64,000 nucleotides of DNA, from the NCBI GenBank assembly GCA_022841245.1, contig JALHRW010000001.1:15732-79731 (forward strand), read 5' to 3'. Position 1 is the stretch's first letter. Each line of letters opens with the position of its first letter. A program made the translations under genes and the position numbers. Origin of the DNA: Planctomycetota bacterium (GTDB lineage: Bacteria; Planctomycetota; UBA11346). The notes under the pieces were generated by a model. It did not search any database. It had not been told where the DNA came from and saw only the letters and a program-made list of their open reading frames with translations. Shown here piece by piece: positions 39,716 through 48,209 of this stretch.

Positions 39716-40929
39716 TGCAGCCCCTTGTTGTAGGACAGCACCGATATGTTATCGGCGTTCTGCGGGTCGCTGCGCATGGCGCTGAACAGGCCGTTGCGAC
39801 CCGGGCTCCACAGTTCGAATTCCAGGGCGTAGGGCCTGGCCGCGGTGCTGCGGACATCCGAGGCGATTGCCCCGGTCACGGCCCGGCCTTTCGGCCCCAT
39901 GCCGTAGTCCAGCTCGTCGAGGATGGTGAGGTTGCTGGTCGAGAAGGCCCGGGCCCCGGGGCTGACGGTGCAGACGTAGACCAGCGCATGGCCGTAGGGA
40001 TCGAGGATGGTCTGGCCGCTGGCATCGATGTCGCCCTTGGCCGAGGTTGCGCTGCGCCGGCGCAGCGTTTCGCTGAGGTACTCGCCGCGCCAGCCGGACG
40101 CCTTGGCCGCCGCTGCGCCCAGCGCCGGGCCGCGGCTGTCGTCGCCCAGCGCGCCGCGCTTGTTGTAGGGCCGGTACTCGTACCGACTGAAGGTGTTGTA
40201 GCACAGGGTGGTGTAGCGGGCGTCGAGCTTCGGCCGCAGCGCCTTGTCGGCCGGCAGCGCCGGATCGAGCCCCTCCGGGGCGAGGGTCGGCAGCTGGCCG
40301 GAGAGGTAGCGCAGCAGGGTGATCTCGCTGGCCAGGCGGGTCAGCGTGGAGGCGGAGAGGATGGCCGTGCCGCCGTCGCTGTTGGCCGGCGGGTTGATGC
40401 TGGGCAGGTGGCTGGCGGCCCCGCCGTTGAGCAGGAAGTGGCTGTTGGGCCTGCTGATCAGCGGGACGTTGCCGTTGTTCTCGTTCAACAGGATGTTGCT
40501 GCGGTAGCCGGCGACGCCGGTGAATTCAGCGCGGAACGCATGCGTCCCGTCCAGGCCGGCGACGCCGACGTTGCGCCCGTTGATGAAGGCGAAGGCGTTG
40601 CCGATGGTGGTGAGGTCGCTCTGCATGTCCGTCAGGTAGGTGGCGCGTTCGGCCGCGTCGGCCGGCTTCCAGGCTAGGCGCCGACCGAGATCGTTGCTCC
40701 ACTGCGTCGGATCGGCATGGGCGTTGGTCAGGTCGGTGTTCCACGGATAGGTGCCGATCTCGCTGCGGAACTGGCGCAGGGCCTGGTCCACCTTCATCAG
40801 CAGGGCGCGGGTGTTGGTCTCCAGGGCCTTGCGCTGGGCGATGCCCATCACCGAGGTCAGCATGGCGCTGAGCAGGGCCAGGATCGCGATCACGATCAGC
40901 AGCTCGATCAGCGTGAAGCCGCGGTTCAT
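39712..40929 (-). CDS. GspG-like prepilin protein, enlarged
   Basis: NRG-FTLIELLIVIAILALL, ALRQFRSEIGTYP, LDPYGHALVY, FELWSPGRNG...ADNI (GspG C-terminal signature). Confidence 0.88.
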   Translation of the reverse strand: MNRGFTLIELLIVIAILALLSAMLTSVMGIAQRKALETNTRALLMKVDQALRQFRSEIGTYPWNTDLTNAHADPTQWSNDLGRRLAWKPADAAERATYLTDMQSDLTTIGNAFAFINGRNVGVAGLDGTHAFRAEFTGVAGYRSNILLNENNGNVPLISRPNSHFLLNGGAASHLPSINPPANSDGGTAILSASTLTRLASEITLLRYLSGQLPTLAPEGLDPALPADKALRPKLDARYTTLCYNTFSRYEYRPYNKRGALGDDSRGPALGAAAAKASGWRGEYLSETLRRRSATSAKGDIDASGQTILDPYGHALVYVCTVSPGARAFSTSNLTILDELDYGMGPKGRAVTGAIASDVRSTAARPYALEFELWSPGRNGLFSAMRSDPQNADNISVLSYNKGLQ

Positions 40930-40973
40930 CGGCTCGGTGCAGCGTGGATAAGTGGGCCAGGCATTACGCTTGT

Positions 40974-41002
40974 AAAACTAACGTTAGCGCTAAGCTTGTC
41001 AA
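40974..41002 (-). promoter_or_regulatory. sigma70-like promoter of the pseudopilin operon with overlapping LacI-type operators
   Basis: Minus strand TTGACA (41002-40997)-N16-TAGTTT (40980-40975). Palindromes CTAACGTTAG (40978-40987) and TTAGCGCTAA (40984-40993). Confidence 0.75.
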
Positions 41003-41031
41003 TCTGAGCAGGAAGGATACCATCAGGCTGT

Positions 41032-42033
41032 ATGAAGAAGGCCACGCTGCGCGATGTCGCCACCCAGGTCGGACTCCATCCGGTCACCGTATCCCGCATG
41101 CTCGGCGGCACCTATGCCGGCAGTGCCGAGACGACCGAGCGCGTCCGCCGGGTGGCCGAGGAACTGGGCTATCGCACCAGCATCTTCGCCAAGGCGATGC
41201 GTGGCCGTTCGCTGCCCTTCGTGCTGCTCAGCGGCAATCTCGATCCGTATTCGATGAGCTACATGCGCGTGCTGGAGGGCCTGCTCCAGGAGCATGGACT
41301 GGCCCTGCAGGTGGTTCTCGACCGCAATCAATTGCCGGAGATGATCGAGCGCATCAACCCGGTGGCGACGGTGCTGCTGTGGGGGGAATTGGAGGCGCAT
41401 CTCCAACATCTGTACACCCGTCCGGACGTCATCGCGCTGCACGTCGAGATGCCGGCCGGCCTAGCCGCCCGCTGCTTCAGGCTGCAGATGGACTTCGGCG
41501 CCGGGTTCGCCGACCTCGCCCGTCATCTGCACGGCAAGGGCCACCGACGCTGCGTCTTCCTGACCTGCGATGATCTCGATCAACAGCCGATGTACCATGA
41601 GCGTCGGGTGCGCTTCACCGACACCCTGTGCGGGCTCGATCCGTCCGCCCGGGTTCAGGTCCTCAGCCTGCCGCGCCTCGACGCGCTGCCGGACATGCTG
41701 AACGCCGTGTTCGCTCCTAGCGGCCGGCCGACCGCCTTAGTCTGCCTGGGCGACATGATCGCGTGGCAGGCGGTCTACCACTTCTGTCAGATCGGTGTGC
41801 GTGTGCCGCATGACGTCTCGGTCACCGGCAGCGACGGCATCCCGCTGCTCCATCACTGCCCGCGCCTGACCACGGTGCATGTCGACCACGATGCCGTCGC
41901 CCTGCAGATCGTACGTTGGATCACCGGCAGCATCGCTCCGGCCAAGGAGCACAAGCAGGACGCGGTGGCGGAATACCGCCGTTTGCCCTGCTTCATCCAC
42001 CAGGACGCCTCGGTGGCGCCCCCTCCACCATAA
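41032..42033 (+). CDS. LacI-family transcriptional regulator
   Basis: TLRDVATQVGLHPVTVSRML, VAEELGY, VPHDVSVTGSDG, PRLTTV. Confidence 0.93.
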   Translation: MKKATLRDVATQVGLHPVTVSRMLGGTYAGSAETTERVRRVAEELGYRTSIFAKAMRGRSLPFVLLSGNLDPYSMSYMRVLEGLLQEHGLALQVVLDRNQLPEMIERINPVATVLLWGELEAHLQHLYTRPDVIALHVEMPAGLAARCFRLQMDFGAGFADLARHLHGKGHRRCVFLTCDDLDQQPMYHERRVRFTDTLCGLDPSARVQVLSLPRLDALPDMLNAVFAPSGRPTALVCLGDMIAWQAVYHFCQIGVRVPHDVSVTGSDGIPLLHHCPRLTTVHVDHDAVALQIVRWITGSIAPAKEHKQDAVAEYRRLPCFIHQDASVAPPPP

Positions 42034-42051
42034 GTCTGCCGCGGAAGTACT

Positions 42052-43380
42052 ATGCGCATGCTGATCGTCGCGCTGATGACCTTGACCCTTGTTGGCGGGG
42101 AGGTCGCACCCGTGGCGGGGGTCGACCCGAGCCGCGACGAGCTCGCGCTGCTGCTGCTGCTGAACCAGCACCGCTCCACGCCGTCGCGCAGCACCATGTG
42201 GGTCGGCGAGCTGCGCAAGGCGAAGCAGGTGGAATGCGACGACCGCACCTGGGCCTGCTTCCATCAGGGCGGCAGCGCTCCGCCGCTGGTGCTCAACCCG
42301 ATCCTGTGCGCGGTGGCGCGGGATCTGCTGAAGCAGGACGTGAAACCGCCGGAGAAGGCTATCTACGACGTCCTGCCGGCGATGCGTGCGGCCGGCTACG
42401 GGAACTCCGCCAAGGCCATGACCATGTTCGCGACGGATGCGCCGGATATTCCGCTCGCCTATGCCAGGACCCTGGTCCGCATCATCCGTGAGCGGGATGC
42501 CGGCGGCTTCCCCCTGGCGACGATGGCGATGGAGGACGTGGTGCTGCCTGACTGGCGCGAAGTCGGTGTGGCTGTCGGCGGCAAGGATCGGTTGAACGCG
42601 GTCATCGTGCTGGGCCAGGGCACGGCCAAGAGCCATCTCGGCGGCGCCGTCTATGCCGATGCCGATCGCGATCTGGTCCATGATCCTGGCGAAGGCCGGG
42701 CCGGCATCACGGTGTCCTGCGGCACCGTCAGCATGACCACTGGTGCCTCGGGTGCGTGGTGGCTGGCGGTGAACGATGCGGCGGCCGAGGTGTCGTTTGC
42801 GGGCGGTGGATTCCGCACCACCCGTCCGGTGGCCCAGGCGGCGAACGCCATCATCGACTGGCGTCTGCCGGATCCAGCCGACCTCAAGGCGGCCGACAGG
42901 CTGATCGGTGAGGCGACGAAGGCAGCGAAGCTGGGCGACGTGGAGAAGATGCGGGTGCCACTCGCGGCCCTGCTGGCTGGGACCCGCATGTCCGCCCTTG
43001 ATGATGCACGTTTGCAGCGGATCGAGGAACTGGTTGCACCCATTCGAGGCGATTTCGATTCGGCATTGGACCGGATCATGGCGATGCTGGGCGACGAACC
43101 CGCTGAAGCGAAGAAGAAACTGGCCGACATCCAGCGTGCCTGGAAGGGGGCCATGCCCGCCTGGTTCAAGGAGGCGGACGCACTGATCAGGATGCGTCAG
43201 CAGGTGTATGCCGTGCTGGCGGCTCCGGAGGAGCAGCAGGCCAAGCTCGCCCAACCCGTGCTTAGGGGCTTGGCAAAGGGACAACTCGATTCCACCGAGC
43301 CGCGCTTCATGGCCCAGTATGCACAATGGCAGCAGCAGCTTCCGGCTGAGGCGGCTACGGAGAAGCCGAAGAAGCGGTGA
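42052..43380 (+). CDS. secreted hypothetical protein (CAP-like domain, SdrD-B-like motif, helical tail)
   Basis: Signal peptide, LLNQHR...PPLVLN, WREVGVAV, GAVYADADRDLVHDPGEG. Confidence 0.65.
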   Translation: MRMLIVALMTLTLVGGEVAPVAGVDPSRDELALLLLLNQHRSTPSRSTMWVGELRKAKQVECDDRTWACFHQGGSAPPLVLNPILCAVARDLLKQDVKPPEKAIYDVLPAMRAAGYGNSAKAMTMFATDAPDIPLAYARTLVRIIRERDAGGFPLATMAMEDVVLPDWREVGVAVGGKDRLNAVIVLGQGTAKSHLGGAVYADADRDLVHDPGEGRAGITVSCGTVSMTTGASGAWWLAVNDAAAEVSFAGGGFRTTRPVAQAANAIIDWRLPDPADLKAADRLIGEATKAAKLGDVEKMRVPLAALLAGTRMSALDDARLQRIEELVAPIRGDFDSALDRIMAMLGDEPAEAKKKLADIQRAWKGAMPAWFKEADALIRMRQQVYAVLAAPEEQQAKLAQPVLRGLAKGQLDSTEPRFMAQYAQWQQQLPAEAATEKPKKR

Positions 43381-43449
43381 TCGGCTGGTCGCCGATCCGC
43401 CACGCGTCCGAGCTGCCGCTGATGCGCCTGCTTTGCGCGATTTGTGTGC

Positions 43450-43567
43450 CTGGCCGCTGGCGTCGATGTCGCCCTTGGTCGAGGTCGCGCTGCGCCGGCG
43501 CAGTGTCTCGCTGAGGTACTTGCCGCGCCAACCGGCCGCCTTCTCTGCCGCTGCGCCCAGTGTCGGG
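43450..43567 (-). pseudogene. remnant paralogous to an internal segment (40012-40129) of the GspG-like gene
   Basis: 118 bp with 13 mismatches by manual alignment. Encodes LGAAAEKAAGWRGKYLSETLRRRSATSTKGDIDASGQ. Confidence 0.85.
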
Positions 43568-43764
43568 TTGACGCGCGATGCTCGACCAGCTGCGAGGCGC
43601 TGCGCTGACCACCAAGTACCCATGTCCGGTGCACTGACCGAGTGCGCCGGCGCCCCAGCGGGGGACCGTTCATAGCACGTGTTCGCGTATGGCGCCGCCC
43701 AACGACTGTCTGATTCACTGATGGCCCGCCATCGCCGCCATTCTTGACGCTGCACCAATCAGCC

Positions 43765-43779
43765 AAAACTAACGTTAGT
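43765..43779. promoter_or_regulatory. LacI-type operator ACTAACGTTAGT
   Basis: Perfect 12-bp palindrome at 43768-43779. AAAACTAACGTTAG is identical to 40974-40987. TTGACG at 43744. Confidence 0.75.
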
Positions 43780-43781
43780 AT

Positions 43782-46700
43782 ATGAACACTATTGGCAGCG
43801 GAGGCTTCATGTCTTGTCGCCCCTTCTTCCCGGCTCGTCGGATCCCCTGCTTGCCCGGGTGCATACTGGTCTTGCTGGCGACCGGGCTGGCAGCCGCCGA
43901 CATCACGGTGAACTTCCCGAACGGGGACGAGAATCAGGTCTATGGCGTGGTCTACACGGGCTGGACCTCGACGGTGGCCGGCACGGTCGACCTGCAACTG
44001 CTGAAGGGGGGCGCCCTCTACCAGACCATGGCGACCGGGCAGTCGGCGAGCGGCACCTTCGTCTACACCCTGCCGGGCGACACCCAGATGGGCGAGGACT
44101 TCACGGTACGGGCCGTGCTGTCGACCGGCGCGAGCGATACCAGTGATCGCGTATTCCGCATCTCCGGCAACGCCTACGAGAAGATTGTCCCGCTATCCGC
44201 CAGCGTCCAGGCCGCACCGGCCCAGATCACCCTAGCCTGGGGCGCGACCGGATCCGACAGCGGCACCAACAGCTTCACCGGCTACTCGGTGTACCGCCGC
44301 ATTCCCGGGACGGTGAGCTGGGGCACTGCGTTGGTGACCCTGGCGAACACGGCCACCGGCTGGAGCGACACAGCTGTGGCGACGGGTGTTCCCTATGAGT
44401 ACCGGGTGCTGCGCTTCGGCGGTCTGCGCGGTTCGGCAGACGGTTTCATCCAGGCCGGACTCGACCTGCCGTTGACCGAGTCGCGTGGCACGGTGGTGCT
44501 GGCTGTCGAATCCGGACTGGCGACCGCCCTGGCTCCCGAGGTCGAGGCACTGCGGAATGATATGCGCGCCGATGGCTGGACCGTCGCGGACATCCAGGCC
44601 GCCGCCGTCCAGGTCGGAGCAACCGGCTATGCAGCGGCCGTCGCCGGGGTGAAGGCGCAGATCAGGGCTGCCTACGATGCCGATCCCTCCCGGGTGAAGC
44701 TGGTCTACGTGTTGGGCAATGTGCCGGTGCCATACTCTGGCCGCATCGTCCCCGACGGCCATTCTGGTGATCACCTGGGCGCCTGGCCCGCCGATGTCTA
44801 TTATGGCGCCATGAGCGAGCCGTGGACCGACACGACGGTCAACTACACATCCACCGGAACCCGAAACGTCAATGTGCCTGGTGATGGGAAGTTCGACACC
44901 AGCACGCTGACCACCCAGATCGAACTCGGCGTCGGTCGGGTCGACCTGGCGCGGCTGCCCGTATTCTCGTCCAGCGGCGACGAGCTGGCACTGATCCGCG
45001 CCTATCTCACCAAGGCGCATGCCTTCCGCTGTCGCCAGCGGATCTTTCCGTCGACGGCGATGATCGATGACGAGTTCAAGACCTATGCTGAAGGTTTCGC
45101 CGGTTCGGCATGGCGGGGGTATTCGACCCTGGTCGGCCGGGCCAATGTCCGGGCTGCGCAATGGAATCCGACCCTCACCGCGACTCCGCACCTCCTCGCC
45201 TATGGAACTGGTGCCGGGGCCAATGGCGTGGTGTCCAACGTGACGACCATCGAGGAGATCCAGCAGTACCGGCCGCAGGCGGTGTTCACCAGCCTGTTCG
45301 GCAGCTACTTCGGCGACTGGGACGGAGTCGACAACGTCCTGCGCGGCATCCTTGGACCCGGCGCCGGCCTGACCTGTTTCTGGTCGGGCAGGCCATATTG
45401 GCAGATGCATCAGCTGGCCACCGGTGCCACCTTCGGCGACCTGGCCAGGATCAATTTTAACGCCGACGGCACCAGCTACCCCAACTCGGGCGATTCGCAG
45501 CGCAAGGTCCACATCGCCCTGATGGGCGATCCCACCTTGCGCCTGCATCCGGTGGCCATGCCCGGCGCCGTCGTGGCCCGTGGCATGGCGGGCGGCATCG
45601 AACTGCGCTGGAACGCCTCCGCCGACGGCGCGGCGGCCGGCTACCACGTCTACCGGGCGGCCACGGCGGCGGGACCGTTCACCCGCCTGTCGGGCAGCTC
45701 CGCCACGGCCGGCAACCCCTCGGGATCGCCGCTGACCGCCTTGAGCTATGCAGATGGAATGGCCGGAAACGGAACGACCTGGACCTACCTGGTGCGGACG
45801 GTGAAACGTGAAGTGACCCCGAGCGGCACCTACTGGAACCAGAGCGTCGGGGTCATGGCCACGGCAACCGCCGGGATGGCCACTCCCTTCGCCCCGACGG
45901 GGTTGACCGTGCGTGCAGCCTCGCGCAGCGCCTTCCAGTTGGCCTGGCAGGATCGGTCCTCGGACGAAACCTCCTTCGTGGTCGAACGCAGCGCCGGCTC
46001 GACAGGGACCTGGGCCACCGTCGCGACCCTGGCAGCCAACACCACCGCCTGGAACGACAGCGGCTTGGCCGCCGGCACCATCTATTGGTACCGCGTGCGC
46101 GCGGCCAACGCGGCCGGATCATCGGCCGCCTCGGCCTCCGCCGCAGATACTGGCACCCCAGGTGTGCTCAGCATGGTGGCCACCTACGTGAGTACCGACC
46201 GCAACGGCAGCGCGGTCACGGTCAGCGTGCAACGTACCGGCGGCGACATCGACACGGTGCAGTGCTCCTTCACCGACGCCCAGATGACCGCGCTGGCGGG
46301 GACCGACTACGTCGCCTCCTCGGGTGTCCTCACCTGGGGGCACCGCGACAGTTCGCTGCGCACCATCACCTTCAGCCTGCCCCCCAGGCCGCTGCCGCGC
46401 CTCGACGCAGCATTCCGCGTCACCATCTCAGCGCCGACAAACGGCGCCGTGCTGGGGACGCAGAAGTGGACCCAAATCCTCCTGGTGAACAGCGATGCCA
46501 ATGTCCTGCCGGCCGGCTGGAGTTCGGAGATGCTGTCGGGACTTGCGGCGAGCGGGGCCGCGCGCTGGGACGGCAGCGCTTTCAGCGTCTCCTCGGATTC
46601 GCGCAAGAACCTGGACATGTCACGCTTCGCATATCGGACGATTAGCGGGGACTTCGACTTCCGCATGCGCGTCCTGCGACTGGACGGGACCATGTATGGT

Positions 46701-48179
46701 GGCAATTGCATGGCGATGGTCCGGGCCGACCTGACCGCCAGCTCGATCGCCACCGAGGTCCTGCTGACCGGTCCATCCGGAGGCATCGTCGACAACCGGC
46801 GATCGGCCACCAGCGGCGCCGTCACCTCCGGCGGTCTGGCCTGGGGCCATTCCGTGCCGGTGTGGCTGCGCATCCAACGTTCAGCCGGGACACTCGCCAC
46901 CTTCAAGTCGACCGATGGGACGACCTGGAACCAGGTCTCCACTGGCGCCGACACGCTGCCAGTCACGACGCTGGTCGGCTTCGGGGCCTGCAGCAACGAT
47001 TCGCCGGCCATGCTGGGCATCGCGGTCGTCGATCAGGTGCAGTTGCTGTCCCTGGGGACTTCGCCGCCGACCGCGACCCTGACAGCCGGCAACGTGAGTG
47101 GCGCCGGCGCGGCCACGCATGCCATCCAGGTGCGCTATGCTGATCCGGACGGGGTCAACGTCTCTTCCATCGGCGGCGGTGACCTGCGGGTGACCAACGC
47201 GGCCGGGACCCAGCTGCCCCCGACCCTCGCCGGCATCGACACGGCCGGCAACGGGACTCCGCGGACGGCCACCTACCTGGTGCCGGCGCCTGGAGGCAGC
47301 TGGGATGCAACGGACAACGGCACCTACACGGTGGCACTGCTCGAAGCTGCGGTTCAGGACATCGGCGGAACAGCAACCCCGGGCCAGATTCTCGGCACCT
47401 TCCAGGTGTCGATCGCCACGTCCGCTGTCGCCCCGGTGATCACCGAGGGCGCCACCGCCACGGCGACAATGTCCGAGGACGGCAGCCCCAACGCGTTCGT
47501 GCTGGTCCTGCACGCCACGGATGCGGACTCGGCGACCTTGGCCTGGTCGGTAGCGACCCAGGCCGGGCACGGCACCGCCGCCGTGTCGGCGGGCGGGCTC
47601 AGCACGGCCGTCACCTATGTTCCGGCGAGCAACTGGAACGGCAGCGATACCTTCGTGGTGCAGGTCAGCGATGGCGTGCTGAGCGACAGCATCGCGGTGA
47701 CGGTGACGGTACAGGCGGTGAACGACGCGCCGGTGTACACGGCAGGGCCGCTGGTGAGCGGATCGGCCGTGGCGGGGCAGAACCTGATGTGCAGCTCCGG
47801 AAGCTGGAATGACAACCGTGACACGGCTGTGGGTGGGACGTCGACCTGTTCCTACGCCTATCAATGGTGGCTGGCAGACGATGCGTTGGGCGCAAATCCC
47901 ATGGCCATCGCCGGGGCGACATCCAGTGCATATGTCCTGCTGACCACCGATGCTGGACGCTGGGTACGCTGCCAGGTGACCTGCAGCGATGACGGGGTGG
48001 GGTCGCCCGCGGTACGATCGGCGACCGCGGAATCAGCCTGGATGCAGGTGACGACCCCAACGGGCAGCGGCTCGGCGGCTGGCACCCAGGGGAACGGTGG
48101 CGGTGGAGGCTGCGGTGCGGGTGTCCTCAGCCTGCTGATCGGCGTGTTCCTGGTAAGCCTGCGTCAGCGCCGGCGCTGA
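43782..48179 (+). CDS. large surface protein: gingipain (C25)-like domain, FN3, Calx-beta, Ig-like repeats, C-terminal Gly-Cys sorting signal
   Basis: LGNVPVPY..ADVYYG..GVGRV..LMGDPTL, FN3 YWYRVRAAN, TALAGTDY, VNDAP, tail GGGGGCGAG-hydrophobic-RQRRR. Start may be 43809. Confidence 0.8.
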   Translation: MNTIGSGGFMSCRPFFPARRIPCLPGCILVLLATGLAAADITVNFPNGDENQVYGVVYTGWTSTVAGTVDLQLLKGGALYQTMATGQSASGTFVYTLPGDTQMGEDFTVRAVLSTGASDTSDRVFRISGNAYEKIVPLSASVQAAPAQITLAWGATGSDSGTNSFTGYSVYRRIPGTVSWGTALVTLANTATGWSDTAVATGVPYEYRVLRFGGLRGSADGFIQAGLDLPLTESRGTVVLAVESGLATALAPEVEALRNDMRADGWTVADIQAAAVQVGATGYAAAVAGVKAQIRAAYDADPSRVKLVYVLGNVPVPYSGRIVPDGHSGDHLGAWPADVYYGAMSEPWTDTTVNYTSTGTRNVNVPGDGKFDTSTLTTQIELGVGRVDLARLPVFSSSGDELALIRAYLTKAHAFRCRQRIFPSTAMIDDEFKTYAEGFAGSAWRGYSTLVGRANVRAAQWNPTLTATPHLLAYGTGAGANGVVSNVTTIEEIQQYRPQAVFTSLFGSYFGDWDGVDNVLRGILGPGAGLTCFWSGRPYWQMHQLATGATFGDLARINFNADGTSYPNSGDSQRKVHIALMGDPTLRLHPVAMPGAVVARGMAGGIELRWNASADGAAAGYHVYRAATAAGPFTRLSGSSATAGNPSGSPLTALSYADGMAGNGTTWTYLVRTVKREVTPSGTYWNQSVGVMATATAGMATPFAPTGLTVRAASRSAFQLAWQDRSSDETSFVVERSAGSTGTWATVATLAANTTAWNDSGLAAGTIYWYRVRAANAAGSSAASASAADTGTPGVLSMVATYVSTDRNGSAVTVSVQRTGGDIDTVQCSFTDAQMTALAGTDYVASSGVLTWGHRDSSLRTITFSLPPRPLPRLDAAFRVTISAPTNGAVLGTQKWTQILLVNSDANVLPAGWSSEMLSGLAASGAARWDGSAFSVSSDSRKNLDMSRFAYRTISGDFDFRMRVLRLDGTMYGGNCMAMVRADLTASSIATEVLLTGPSGGIVDNRRSATSGAVTSGGLAWGHSVPVWLRIQRSAGTLATFKSTDGTTWNQVSTGADTLPVTTLVGFGACSNDSPAMLGIAVVDQVQLLSLGTSPPTATLTAGNVSGAGAATHAIQVRYADPDGVNVSSIGGGDLRVTNAAGTQLPPTLAGIDTAGNGTPRTATYLVPAPGGSWDATDNGTYTVALLEAAVQDIGGTATPGQILGTFQVSIATSAVAPVITEGATATATMSEDGSPNAFVLVLHATDADSATLAWSVATQAGHGTAAVSAGGLSTAVTYVPASNWNGSDTFVVQVSDGVLSDSIAVTVTVQAVNDAPVYTAGPLVSGSAVAGQNLMCSSGSWNDNRDTAVGGTSTCSYAYQWWLADDALGANPMAIAGATSSAYVLLTTDAGRWVRCQVTCSDDGVGSPAVRSATAESAWMQVTTPTGSGSAAGTQGNGGGGGCGAGVLSLLIGVFLVSLRQRRR

Positions 48180-48209
48180 CAACCCCTGAACACAGATCGG
48201 ACCTCTGCC

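Noticed and set aside
41737-43758. 673-aa minus-strand ORF as a real gene
   Set aside because: It is mostly antisense to the 41032 and 42052 genes. Only the short pilin-paralog fragment at 43450-43567 is meaningful.
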